64,000 nt of DNA from the NCBI GenBank assembly GCA_963807455.1, contig CAWECS010000005.1:63146-127145 (forward strand), given 5' to 3'. This document shows positions 31,748 through 41,285 of the stretch, in pieces. Made by a program: the position numbers and the translations under genes. The stretch comes from an uncultured Gammaproteobacteria bacterium. GTDB taxonomy: Bacteria > Pseudomonadota > Gammaproteobacteria > JAADHQ01. The stretch's first letter is position 1, and every line of letters starts with the position of its first letter. Under the pieces are notes generated by a model. It saw only the letters and a list, made by a program, of their open reading frames with translations. It was not told the DNA's origin and did not search any database.

Positions 31748-32727
31748 ATGAATAAAAAATTACTTGCACTTGCCGTGGGCACAGCTTTCACGGCAGTACC
31801 AATGTTCGCAACTGCTGACGTGACTGTTTATGGCCATGCACAGGTTGAAGTGGGAACAGTTGATACAGGCGCAACTGATCAAACAGTTGTAGAGGATAAC
31901 GCACGCGGTCGTATTGGTATCAAGGCATCTGAGAAACTGTCTAATGGTATGACGGCTATCGCCAAGTACGAATTCCGTACTGATACTGCTGATAACGTTC
32001 GTACAGCAGATGGTGGCCCACTGACTGCTCGTGAAGCCTTTGTTGGTTTGAAAGGTGGTTTCGGTACTGTCAATTGGGTAACTTGAAGTCAGCTTATAAA
32101 TACACCGGTGGTGTTAAGTATGATCCCTTCGTCGCTACATTGATTGAAGCACGTGGTGCCAATGGTATGTCCGGTGGTGAACTGGGCAATGGTCAATATG
32201 GCCATAACAGCTTCCTGGGTAACGCAATTGGCTATATGTCACCCAAAATCGGCGGTGGTTTCACTGGCTGGGCGACATTCAGCCCTGATGAAGGTGCTGG
32301 TTCAGGCGGTGATTACAGCTTTGGTTTGCAGTTTGCTCAAAAAGCCTGGGAAGTATTTGTTGCCGGTGTTAGAAATGACGAAACTGTAGGTGCTGGTGGT
32401 GATGCAATCAAGTTTGGTGGTATGTACAAATTTGGTAACTTCAAGGTTGTTGGCCAGTACGAAACACTGAGTTTTGAAACAGCAGGTACGCCTGACACTG
32501 ATATCTATTTCGTCGGTGGTCAGGCCAAGTTTGGTAACAATGTATTGGTTGCCCAGTTCGGTAACAAGGATCCAGGCGGTGCTGCTTCTGATCTTGATTA
32601 CTTCACCATTGGTTTGATTCATAACCTGTCCAAGAAGACACGTCTGACAGCTGGTTTCCGTAGCTATGATACAAGTGCTACTACAGAAACTGAAACATTT
32701 GCTGTTGGCATGCGTATGAAGTTCTAA
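31748..32727 (+). pseudogene. Outer-membrane general porin (Neisseria-type porin family), tandem copy 2, interrupted by a single 1-nt deletion
   Basis: MNKKLLALAVGTAFTAVPMFATADVTVYGHAQVEVG.. has a signal peptide and aromatic girdle and ends ..FAVGMRMKF. One frame change lies near 32060-32075: ACTGTCAATTGGG here against ACTGTTCAACTGGG in copy 1. Otherwise about 326 aa are open. It could be functional if the indel is a sequencing error. Confidence 0.7.
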
Positions 32728-32755
32728 TAAAAACTAATAAAGTTTTATATATTTG

Positions 32756-32786
32756 AACGGGGCCTTCGGGCCCCGTTTTTTTTTGG
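32756..32786 (+). terminator. Rho-independent terminator after porin copy 2
   Basis: AACGGGGCC, loop TTCG, GGCCCCGTT, then T9. Confidence 0.8.
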
Positions 32787-32802
32787 CCATGGATGGCCTT
32801 AT

Positions 32803-32837
32803 GCCGCGGGCGCACGGATGCGCAGGAGCGGCGTCTC
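32803..32837. repeat. REP-like palindromic element, copy B
   Basis: GCCGCGGGCGCACGGATGCGCAGGAGCGGCGTCTC. Confidence 0.7.
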
Positions 32838-32895
32838 AAAGTAAATATCATACTTAAATCGAAGTAGAGGAAAAAAGCTATTTCCCTCCAGATGC

Positions 32896-32926
32896 TCGCG
32901 GGCGCACGGATGCGCGGGAGCGGCGT
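32896..32926. repeat. REP-like palindromic element, copy C
   Basis: CTCGCGGGCGCACGGATGCGCGGGAGCGGCG, in the same orientation as copy B and 93 nt downstream of it. Confidence 0.7.
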
Positions 32927-33113
32927 TTCACATCGTTTGCATGTTTTCAAATGTAGAATGCAATTTTTATGTTTGCAGATTAATAAAAAAATAGTGGATA
33001 GTGAGGTTAATTGAATATTTTTTTTCACGATTAGCCGTGATTTGACGTTTATCACCCGGCCTCATTCCTGTATGGAGTAATCAACGGGTTATCTTTTGGG
33101 TTATCATTGAGAC

Positions 33114-33533
33114 ATGGATGATTACTCTTTACCCGGTCTGTTTATCAGTGCTTTTATTTCTTCTACCCTGTTTCCAGGTGGTTCTGAAGCGATATTTATT
33201 TACATGGTGACTCAGGGTGATGAGTCCTTGATGCAGCTCTGGTGGGTGGCCAGTTTAGGTAACACCCTGGGTGGAATGACTTCCTGGTTAATTGGGTATT
33301 ACCTGAGTAGACGTTATCCGGCGCAGGCGCTGGTCAAGCCTGAGCATAAGCGAGCATTGGATTGGGTGCAACGCTGGGGTAGTCCCGTGTTATTGATGTC
33401 ATGGTTGCCTGTAGTGGGTGATCCTCTCTGCGTTGTAGCGGGCTGGTTGCGAATGCACTGGTTCATCTGCTTATTAATGATTCTGATGGGTAAGGCTGTG
33501 CGCTATGCGGTTTTGTTGTCACTATTTGCATAG
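33114..33533 (+). CDS. yqaA: YqaA family inner-membrane protein (DedA-related)
   Basis: 139 aa. Aligns with E. coli YqaA (..SAFISSTLFPGGSEA..GNTLGGMTSWLIGYY..SWLPVVGDPLCVVAGWLRMHW..). Confidence 0.85.
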   Translation: MDDYSLPGLFISAFISSTLFPGGSEAIFIYMVTQGDESLMQLWWVASLGNTLGGMTSWLIGYYLSRRYPAQALVKPEHKRALDWVQRWGSPVLLMSWLPVVGDPLCVVAGWLRMHWFICLLMILMGKAVRYAVLLSLFA

Positions 33534-33657
33534 TTAAAGCCTCACCTGAAATAGCCACACCTTGTTTGCTGTGATACCTGCTCTATTCTCAGCGATTTAA
33601 ATTAATCAGCGTTTCCCTTCTTATCCTTTCTTTAATGTATGCTAATATAGATTCACT

Positions 33658-36600
33658 ATGACCACGACCCGAATACGCGAAATCCCTTATAACTATACGT
33701 CTTTCTCTGACCGCGAGATTGTTATCCGCTTTCTGGGTGAGGAGATGTGGGAGATTATTAATGCATTACGTGGCGCGCGCCAGACTGGCCAGTCAGCTAG
33801 AATGTTGTTCGAGGTGTTGGGTGACATGTGGGTGGTGGTGCGTAACCCGTTTCTGCAGGATGATCTGCTGGAGAATCCAAAACGTCTGGCTTCACTAACG
33901 CATGCCTTGCAGCATCGTCTGGATCAGATTGTTGCCAGGGCCGCCGGAAACGAAAAAGTACTGCAACTGGCCAGTGCTGCACACACTGCGGTTGAACAAT
34001 TTCAGCAATGTTTTCCGCAACAAAAAAGTCTGCGTCAGAAAACACTCAAGCGTTTATTAAAAGTCACCCGTAAGGACAATATCGATTTCGGGGGGTTGGC
34101 GCGTGTGTCTCATGTTACTGATGCGTCTGACTGGCGAGTCGCTTATCCCTTTGTGGTAATTAGCCCTGACACAGAAGAAGAAATGGCAGCAGTTGTTACG
34201 GCCTGTTTTGATCTGGAATTGCCGGTGATACCTCGCGGTGGTGGTACCGGCTATACCGGTGGTGCGATTCCCTTACAGGAAAATACCGCGATTATTAATA
34301 CCGAAAAACTTGAAGCACTGAGTGCGGTTGAGATGCGTACGCTAACAGGGCTGGATAAACCCGTGGCCTGTGTACGTGCTGAAGCAGGGGTGGTGACGCG
34401 CAGAGTTTCCGAGTTGGCAGAAAGTAATGGATTGATGTTTGCAGTTGATCCGACTTCACAAGATGCCTGTACCATTGGTGGTAATGTTGCTATGAATGCG
34501 GGCGGCAAGAAAGCGGTGATGTGGGGTACCACGCTGGATAATCTGGTGTCGTGGAGAATGGTCACTCCGGATGCTAAATGGCTTGAAGTTGAACGCATTA
34601 ATCATAACCTGGGCAAAATTCATTGTCAGGAGAAGGTAGAGTTTCGGATTACCCGCTATCAGGCTGATGGCAAAACCCAGGAGGGTGAACCCGAGTTACT
34701 ACAAATTCCAGGCAAACAACTGCGCAAGCAGGGTCTGGGTAAGGATGTGACGGATAAATTTCTGGCAGGTCTGCCCGGCGTGCAGAAAGAAGGCTGTGAT
34801 GGCTTGATCACCTCGGCGGTTTTTATTTTGCATCGCATGGCTAATTTTACTCGTACTGTCTGTTTGGAATTTTTTGGCTCAGATATGAGTCGCGCCGTAC
34901 CTGCTATTGTAGAAACCAAGGACTACCTGGACCAACATAGTGGTATTGAACTAACCGGGCTCGAACATCTGGATGAACGCTACGTGCGTGCCGTGAATTA
35001 CAGTACCAAAGCCTCGCGTCGCCAGTTACCAAAAATGGTGTTGCTGGTCGATATATCCGGTGATGATGAAGAATCAGTGGCTCAGGCGGCGTCTAAAGTC
35101 GTACAGATGGCGAACGGGCGTGATGCTGAAGGCTTTATTGCCGTTAGCCCCGAAGCGCGAAAACGTTTCTGGCTGGACCGTTCGCGTACAGCTGCTATTG
35201 CTGCACATACCAATGCGTTCAAGATCAATGAAGACGTGGTGATTCCACTGGATCGACTGGGCGACTATTCAGAGGGCATTGAGCGCATCAATATTGTTCA
35301 ATCGATTCGCAACAAACTGTCCATGATTGATGCGGTACAGGAATATCTGCAATCTGATATGCGAGAACTTCATTTACATGAAGAGTTTCTCGACAGCGAA
35401 GAAAATAATGCCATCATCGAAACAAAAAAACAGGCTGCCTTGCAGCAATTACAGTCAGTCAGAACACTTTGGCAGGCCACACTGGATAAACTCGACGAAG
35501 CAGTGAGTCAGTGCCCGTCATTATTGACGGATGTGGATGATAATCATATCCATGCTGATGACACTATATTGAATTTGTTATTGCGTCGGGATTTACGCAT
35601 TTCCTATCGACAGGCCATAGAAAAGCCGCTGAAGGCTATTTTTTCCGGTCGTGAGCACGAAGGCGTGCGCGAAAAGCTGGATGATATTCATAAGAAAGTG
35701 CGCTCAAGTCGTTTGTTTGTCGCCACTCATATGCATGCGGGTGATGGTAATGTACATACCAATATTCCGGTCAACTCCAATGACTATGCGATGTTGCAGG
35801 AAGCCGAGCGGGTAGTCGACCAGGTGATGGCGCTGGCGATATCACTGGATGGTGTTATTTCCGGTGAACATGGTATTGGCATGACCAAAATCCAGTATCT
35901 ATCAGATGAATACCTGGAAACATTCGCTGCATACAAACAGCAGGTAGATCCGAAGAACCGTTTTAATCCGGGTAAGCTGGTGAAGGGTGCCGGACTTGAG
36001 AATGCCTACACGCCCTCATTGCGGTTGCTGCAACAAGAAGCGTTGATACTGGAAGCCAGCGAATTGGGCAAGCTCAATGATGATATACGTCACTGCCTGC
36101 GCTGCGGTAAATGCAAACCAGTGTGTAATACACATATCCCGCGTGCAAATCTGTTCTATTCACCACGCAACAAGATTCTCGCTACAGGCCTGATCATTGA
36201 AGCCTTTCTGTACGAAGAGCAAACCCGTAGAGGTATCTCCATCAGGCATTTCGATGAGATGAATGATGTGGCTGACCACTGTACTGTCTGCCATAAATGT
36301 CTGGCACCTTGTCCTGTGGATATTGATTTTGGTGATGTGTCGGTGCGTATGCGTAATATTCTCATGTCGCAGGGTAAAAAGCGTATTAACCTGGCAACGC
36401 GAGCCTCGATGTTATTTTTGTTTATCAAGGACCCGCTAGCAGTAGGGTTAATGCGAAAAGCCCTGGTGCAATGGGGTTATGGTTTGCAGCGCCTGGGATA
36501 CAAGTTTGTACGCCCTTTACTGGGTAAGCGTAAGGCATTGCCTCCGGCAACCACCGGCAAACCCAAAGTCATGAGCCAGATTGTACATCTGGTGGATAAA

Positions 36601-37500
36601 CCCATGCCAAGCAAAATTCCATCCAAGCCAATGCGGGCCATTCTTGATCTTGAAGACAGCAAGACAGTACCCATTATCCGTGACCCGAAAAAATCGCATG
36701 AGGATTCGGATGCCGTCTTTTATTTTCCCGGTTGTGGTTCCGAGCGCCTGTTCAGCCAGATTGGTCTGGCGACCATGGCCATGCTCTATGAGTCAGGAGC
36801 ACAGACTGTTTTGCCGCCTGGCTACCTGTGTTGTGGTTACCCACAAACAGCGGGCGGTGATGAGACCCGTGGCCATAAAATCACCACGGAAAACAGAGTG
36901 CTGTTCCATCGAATCGCCAATACCCTGAACTACCTGGACATCAAGACCGTTATCGTTTCCTGTGGCACCTGTATGGATCAGTTGTTGCAGTATGAATTTG
37001 GAAAAATTTTCCCCGGCTGTCGCTTGCTGGATATCCACGAATACCTGATGGAAAAAGATATGAAAATAGAACAAGCCAATGGCACTCAATATCTTTATCA
37101 CGATCCTTGTCATACACCGATGAAGACTTACGCACCCATTAAAGTAGCCTCCAGTTTGATGGGTCAGGAAGTTAAATTATCGGATCGCTGTTGCGGTGAG
37201 GCCGGTACGCTGGCGGTATCCCGGCCGGACATTTCCACGCAACTGCGCTTCCGCAAACAGGAAGAGCTGGAAAAGGGTATAGCATCTTTTACTGGGCAAA
37301 CTAAAGTCACCTCGAATGAAGTCAAGTTGCTGACTTCATGCCCGGCCTGTCAACAAGGTCTGGCCCGTTATGCGGATGACACCGGTCTTGAAACAGAATA
37401 CATCGTAGTGGAAATGATCAGCAAGCTGTCAGGTTCTGATTGGCAAGAAGCATTCGTATCAAAAGTTAGTCAGGGTGGTATAGAGCGAGTGTTGTTGTAG
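33658..37500 (+). CDS. FAD-linked oxidase fused to an Fe-S / CCG-domain oxidoreductase (YdiJ-like GlcD-GlcF fusion; putative D-2-hydroxyacid dehydrogenase)
   Basis: 1280 aa. FAD-binding PCMH region (..[16 protein letters not shown]..), FAD-oxidase C-terminal region (..[11 protein letters not shown]..), two 4Fe-4S ferredoxin motifs ([12 protein letters not shown]; [12 protein letters not shown]) and two CCG-type cysteine-rich domains. It resembles E. coli YdiJ (1018 aa) with an N-terminal extension of about 140 aa. Confidence 0.8.
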   Translation: MTTTRIREIPYNYTSFSDREIVIRFLGEEMWEIINALRGARQTGQSARMLFEVLGDMWVVVRNPFLQDDLLENPKRLASLTHALQHRLDQIVARAAGNEKVLQLASAAHTAVEQFQQCFPQQKSLRQKTLKRLLKVTRKDNIDFGGLARVSHVTDASDWRVAYPFVVISPDTEEEMAAVVTACFDLELPVIPRGGGTGYTGGAIPLQENTAIINTEKLEALSAVEMRTLTGLDKPVACVRAEAGVVTRRVSELAESNGLMFAVDPTSQDACTIGGNVAMNAGGKKAVMWGTTLDNLVSWRMVTPDAKWLEVERINHNLGKIHCQEKVEFRITRYQADGKTQEGEPELLQIPGKQLRKQGLGKDVTDKFLAGLPGVQKEGCDGLITSAVFILHRMANFTRTVCLEFFGSDMSRAVPAIVETKDYLDQHSGIELTGLEHLDERYVRAVNYSTKASRRQLPKMVLLVDISGDDEESVAQAASKVVQMANGRDAEGFIAVSPEARKRFWLDRSRTAAIAAHTNAFKINEDVVIPLDRLGDYSEGIERINIVQSIRNKLSMIDAVQEYLQSDMRELHLHEEFLDSEENNAIIETKKQAALQQLQSVRTLWQATLDKLDEAVSQCPSLLTDVDDNHIHADDTILNLLLRRDLRISYRQAIEKPLKAIFSGREHEGVREKLDDIHKKVRSSRLFVATHMHAGDGNVHTNIPVNSNDYAMLQEAERVVDQVMALAISLDGVISGEHGIGMTKIQYLSDEYLETFAAYKQQVDPKNRFNPGKLVKGAGLENAYTPSLRLLQQEALILEASELGKLNDDIRHCLRCGKCKPVCNTHIPRANLFYSPRNKILATGLIIEAFLYEEQTRRGISIRHFDEMNDVADHCTVCHKCLAPCPVDIDFGDVSVRMRNILMSQGKKRINLATRASMLFLFIKDPLAVGLMRKALVQWGYGLQRLGYKFVRPLLGKRKALPPATTGKPKVMSQIVHLVDKPMPSKIPSKPMRAILDLEDSKTVPIIRDPKKSHEDSDAVFYFPGCGSERLFSQIGLATMAMLYESGAQTVLPPGYLCCGYPQTAGGDETRGHKITTENRVLFHRIANTLNYLDIKTVIVSCGTCMDQLLQYEFGKIFPGCRLLDIHEYLMEKDMKIEQANGTQYLYHDPCHTPMKTYAPIKVASSLMGQEVKLSDRCCGEAGTLAVSRPDISTQLRFRKQEELEKGIASFTGQTKVTSNEVKLLTSCPACQQGLARYADDTGLETEYIVVEMISKLSGSDWQEAFVSKVSQGGIERVLL

Positions 37501-37561
37501 TGCATTGAAGTTCGATCGAATGCAGTTAATGTTTAGCCAGTCTATCTGTTTTTCCAGACGA

Positions 37562-38317
37562 TCATGCCCGTTCCAGAATAAATGTCCCTTTGCTTTGCTG
37601 AAATCGTAGAGTCAGAAAACGTACACCAATAGAGAAGGCGCTGGACCCAAATTCATGGGTGCTTTGACAGCTGGTTACTTCAGCTACGGCATGCAGCAGG
37701 TCGCTGGCAATTTTTATTATTTTTGTTTTGGCAACAGCTTCGGTGGTGATAAATGACAGTCCATTGGGTGACATGTCCTGGAGCCTGACGGGTTTGCGTG
37801 TTTGTGGCCATGCGGTGTAAATACCGATGACTTCGTCTTTGCTGATGCGCATGATGGCACGACGGCAGGATTGCTCCAGTTCCATAGGGCTTGCCTCTGA
37901 TAAAGGACTGTCACAGCGGGCGCATGTTGCTTCGAGTTGTTGGGGGGGGAGATGCTTATGGGGCGTTTTACAGAACACGCAATGTGAATTGACTTTATTG
38001 CGGTTTTTTTTAATTTTTGGTTCGGTTTGATGTTCTTTTTCTGCTGTAGTTTGATCTGTCCGCTGGTGAAATTGCTTGCCACCGAGAGAAGATTTCGAAT
38101 GGCGTTGCATTAATTCATTGTCGTAATTAGCCCGCTTTTCCTGGTTAGTGAGTACGGAATAAGCTTCGTTGATGATAGTGGCCTTTGCATGATCTCCACC
38201 CAGATCTGGGTGTTGCTTCATTTTTTGCATGATAGCGCGATAGCTCGAGCGTATAACAGGTGTCGGGGCATCTGGTTGTACGTGCAGGATGCGATAATAA
38301 TTTCTGCGATTACTCAT
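37562..38317 (-). CDS. J-domain (DnaJ-like) protein with a central zinc ribbon and a C-terminal PilZ (c-di-GMP-binding) domain
   Basis: J-domain NYYRILHVQPDAPTPVIRSSYRAIMQKMKQHPDLGG..EAYSVLTNQEKRANYD (the HPD motif is present). Zinc ribbon C-x2-C-x17-C-x2-C (CVFCKTPH..CARCDSP). PilZ signatures RRAIMR (RxxxR) and DMSPNGLSF (DxSxxG) lie 19 residues apart. Start taken at the ATG at 38317 (MSNRRNYYRIL); the ORF track extends to 38347. Confidence 0.7.
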   Translation of the reverse strand: MSNRRNYYRILHVQPDAPTPVIRSSYRAIMQKMKQHPDLGGDHAKATIINEAYSVLTNQEKRANYDNELMQRHSKSSLGGKQFHQRTDQTTAEKEHQTEPKIKKNRNKVNSHCVFCKTPHKHLPPQQLEATCARCDSPLSEASPMELEQSCRRAIMRISKDEVIGIYTAWPQTRKPVRLQDMSPNGLSFITTEAVAKTKIIKIASDLLHAVAEVTSCQSTHEFGSSAFSIGVRFLTLRFQQSKGTFILERA

Positions 38318-38731
38318 GGGTAAATTAAGCCTGTTGTTTTCGACCATTCACTGACTAAAAAGCACTTGGTTACATAAGGGTTATCGTCATTTGGTCAACA
38401 ATTCTTTAAACGGATGATGTTTATTCCCTGCCAATTTTATTTTTTATTGAATGTGATAATGTATGTCATTGATATTGATTTATATTTAGCAGGGTATTTG
38501 TTTTTAGTCACAGGTAATTAATCTATGCGATTGATAGCAAGTTTAGGCTTTCCTGGCCTACTTTTTGCTATAGAGACCCGCTATTTATTAATGTTATTTA
38601 GCCACAAGGCGAGTTTTTAGTCCTGTTTGCAGCGTGAAGATTTTCCCTGTGAGGCCGATATATAAATGGTGAATAATGGTGTCGGACCCGGTAAACATTA
38701 TACAAAATGTTATTTCTCCAGATTTAAGCTT

Positions 38732-40067
38732 ATGCAAAAAACAAAAATATTCTCCCCGCTTTTCAGTTTTGGTATCCGCCAGAAGCTGTTGCTGATCCTG
38801 TTGATTGTGCTGTTAACCGCCTTGACGCTGAGCGGCTGGATGGCATTACAGCAGGAAAAAGTAAATACTCTGGAAGAGATTAATCAGCGCGGTTCGGATA
38901 TCAGTCGTTTTGTTGCCAAGTCGCTCAGTTATAGTGTGGTTGGTTATGATTACCATACCATTCAATTATTGCTGGATGAGATTACGTCATCAGAAGATGT
39001 TGGTTATGCCCGGGTCACCAATCAGCAGGGCAATGTCATGGGCGAGGCCGGTGAAAGGGAACCCGGATTGTTCTCGACGATGGTGATGTTTACCCAGGAT
39101 ATCAAACTTGAGGACAGCCTCATCGGAAATCTGGAATTAGGGTTGAGCACAGCTAAAACGATCGAGACTCTTGAAGAAAAAAAATATAGTATCATTCAGC
39201 GTGAAGTTATTATCGTCCTGCTGATTGCGTTAGGAGAGTTTATTGCGCTTTCGATTTTTATTATTCGACCCGTGCGATTAATGTCAAAGACACTTGTTTC
39301 CAGTGTTGATGAAAATGGTCATATTATAGAAAAAATACCGGTTGTGTCTCGTGATGAGTTCGGACAATTGGCTGAAAGTTTTAATACTCTGAGTGAGCGT
39401 CTAAATGTTGCTAATCAGCAACTACAGTCAAAAATAGAGCTGGCTGACAAGCAGTTAGCTGGAGACAAACAGACAGTTGCGGATTCAGTCAGAAGAGTTG
39501 AAAATCATTAATGAGAAATTTAAAAGAATGTCAATTACTGACTCATTAACCGGTTTATATAATCGCAGGCATTTTGAGCAGTTACTAAATACTGAATTTA
39601 AGACGGCCAGACGGCATGGCGAAGTAAATAGCTTGATTATTATTGATATTGATCATTTCAAACGAATTAATGACAATTTCGGACATCCAGCAGGAGACCT
39701 TGTGCTGCGGGATGTTGCCAGGTTACTGAAGAAGCGTCTACGTAGCACAGACTATCTTTGTCGTCTTGGTGGGGAAGAATTTGTAGTGTTATGCAAGCGG
39801 GCTGACAAGCAATCCGCGCTCAATATTGCTGAGGAAATGCGTAAAATAGTAGAACAAGCCCAATTTGATTTGGGAGGTGAGGTAACTCAGGTGACTATTA
39901 GTCTTGGTGTGTCGACACTGAGTCAGAATGAGGAATTAGAAGAGGCTGATCTGGCCTACCGTCAGGCTGACAAGGCGGTCTATTACAGTAAGCAAAATGG
40001 TCGCAATAAAACTGCTCATTATGATGACATCAAGGAACATGAGCTGGTCGATGAGTTTAGTCAGTAA
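38732..40067 (+). pseudogene. Membrane-bound diguanylate cyclase (periplasmic sensor-TM-HAMP-GGDEF) with one frameshift at the HAMP/GGDEF junction
   Basis: ORF 38666/38732-39511 encodes TM1, a periplasmic region of about 130 aa, TM2, HAMP and a coiled coil (..QQLQSKIELADKQLA..) and then stops. The GGDEF domain continues in the -1 frame from about 39459 (..LETNRQLRIQSEELKIINEKFKRMSITDSLTGLYNRR..RLGGEEFVV..). A single indel lies near 39455-39475. Confidence 0.7.
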
Positions 40068-40188
40068 AGCCTGTGTAGACTGCTTTATCCGGTGTTGAGA
40101 AATATTCTATTATTGATAATATATCGATAGCCAGTACAGCCGTGTTTAAGTGGTCAGTCAGGTAAAGATAATTAATATGCCAGTCATG

Positions 40189-40217
40189 AAAAAGGCCGAC
40201 TATAGTCGGCCTTTTTC
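40189..40217. terminator. Bidirectional rho-independent terminator between the convergent GGDEF and rpiA genes
   Basis: AAAAAGGCCGAC, loop TATA, GTCGGCCTTTTT. T and A runs on both sides make it symmetric. Confidence 0.75.
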
Positions 40218-40371
40218 ATGTGTCTGCGGGGGTTAAAGAGCCTCTGATCAATTCATGGATTGGCTTCTGGAGGCTAAAATATTCCTGGCTTTGTGTTGGA
40301 GATCTAGCTAATAGCCTGCTATTAACTGCGATCTCCATCCAATCCAGAATTAATCAGAGGCTCCTTAAGGA

Positions 40372-41031
40372 TTACCTTTCCAGTTTTTTAATCCCACCCT
40401 GTGTGCCTAACAGCAATACATCTGCCGGTTTGATCGCAAACAAGCCATTGGTTACCACGCCGGTTATGTTGTTCAACTGGTTTTCCAGGCCACGCGGATC
40501 AACGATGGACATATCATGGATGTCCAGTATTACATTGCCATTGTCAGTGACAAAGCCATCGCGATAAACCGGACGTCCACCCAGTTTGACCAGCTCACGT
40601 GCGACGAAGCTTCTGGCCATTGGGATCACTTCAACGGGTAACGGGAATTCACCCAGGACATCAACCAGCTTGGAGTCGTCTGCGATGCAAACAAATTTCT
40701 TGCTGCAGGCGGCGACAATTTTCTCGCGTGTGAGTGCGCCGCCACCACCTTTGATCAGGTGTAAGTGCTGATCACTTTCATCGGCTCCATCGATATACAC
40801 AGAAATTTCATTCACTGAATTCAGATCGAAAACCTGTATGCCATGTCCGCGTAGGCGCTCAGCGCTGGCTTCGGAGCTGGCAACCGTGCCATCAATTTTG
40901 TGTTTAATCTCTGCCAGGGCATCAATAAAGAAATTGGCTGTAGAACCAGTGCCAATGCCGATGATGGTGTCAGGTTCCACATATTCGATAGCCGCCTGTG
41001 CGACCATTTTTTTTAGCTCATCCTGTGTCAT
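40372..41031 (-). CDS. rpiA: Ribose-5-phosphate isomerase A
   Basis: Aligns with E. coli RpiA from MTQDELKK onward (..[24 protein letters not shown]..). Start at the ATG at 41031; the ORF track lists a TTG at 41043. Confidence 0.93.
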   Translation of the reverse strand: MTQDELKKMVAQAAIEYVEPDTIIGIGTGSTANFFIDALAEIKHKIDGTVASSEASAERLRGHGIQVFDLNSVNEISVYIDGADESDQHLHLIKGGGGALTREKIVAACSKKFVCIADDSKLVDVLGEFPLPVEVIPMARSFVARELVKLGGRPVYRDGFVTDNGNVILDIHDMSIVDPRGLENQLNNITGVVTNGLFAIKPADVLLLGTQGGIKKLER

Positions 41032-41285
41032 TTCAGGCTCCAAAGTTAATTAATTGGCAAAATGATACGCCTGAGCGCATGAATTGTCATGTTTTTTGAG
41101 TCTATGGCGTCTGGATTGGCATAGGCTGAATATTCAAGACGGAAGGTGGGCTACTTCAAGGAAAAATCAGAAATGAGGGCTGTTGAAAATGACGATGTGA
41201 ATACAGCCTGAGCGATGCTTTTCAAGCTGACGATGCTTGCTAAAGCGGGCTAGGAAATTGGCTCCTAAACTGTTACTTTTACGCC

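Noticed and set aside
29903-33000. Considered a tRNA-Gln-associated genomic island or integrated element
   Set aside because: There is no integrase, no direct repeat of the tRNA 3' end and no phage or plasmid genes. The content is porin paralogs and REP-like repeats, so it is more likely a local duplication hotspot.
32681-33055. 124-aa minus-strand ORF spanning the REP-like elements
   Set aside because: It crosses two palindromic repeats and the porin terminator. It is low-complexity with no Shine-Dalgarno.
40220-40567. 115-aa plus-strand ORF downstream of the GGDEF gene
   Set aside because: It starts inside the bidirectional terminator and runs antisense through the 3' end of rpiA. It has no motif.
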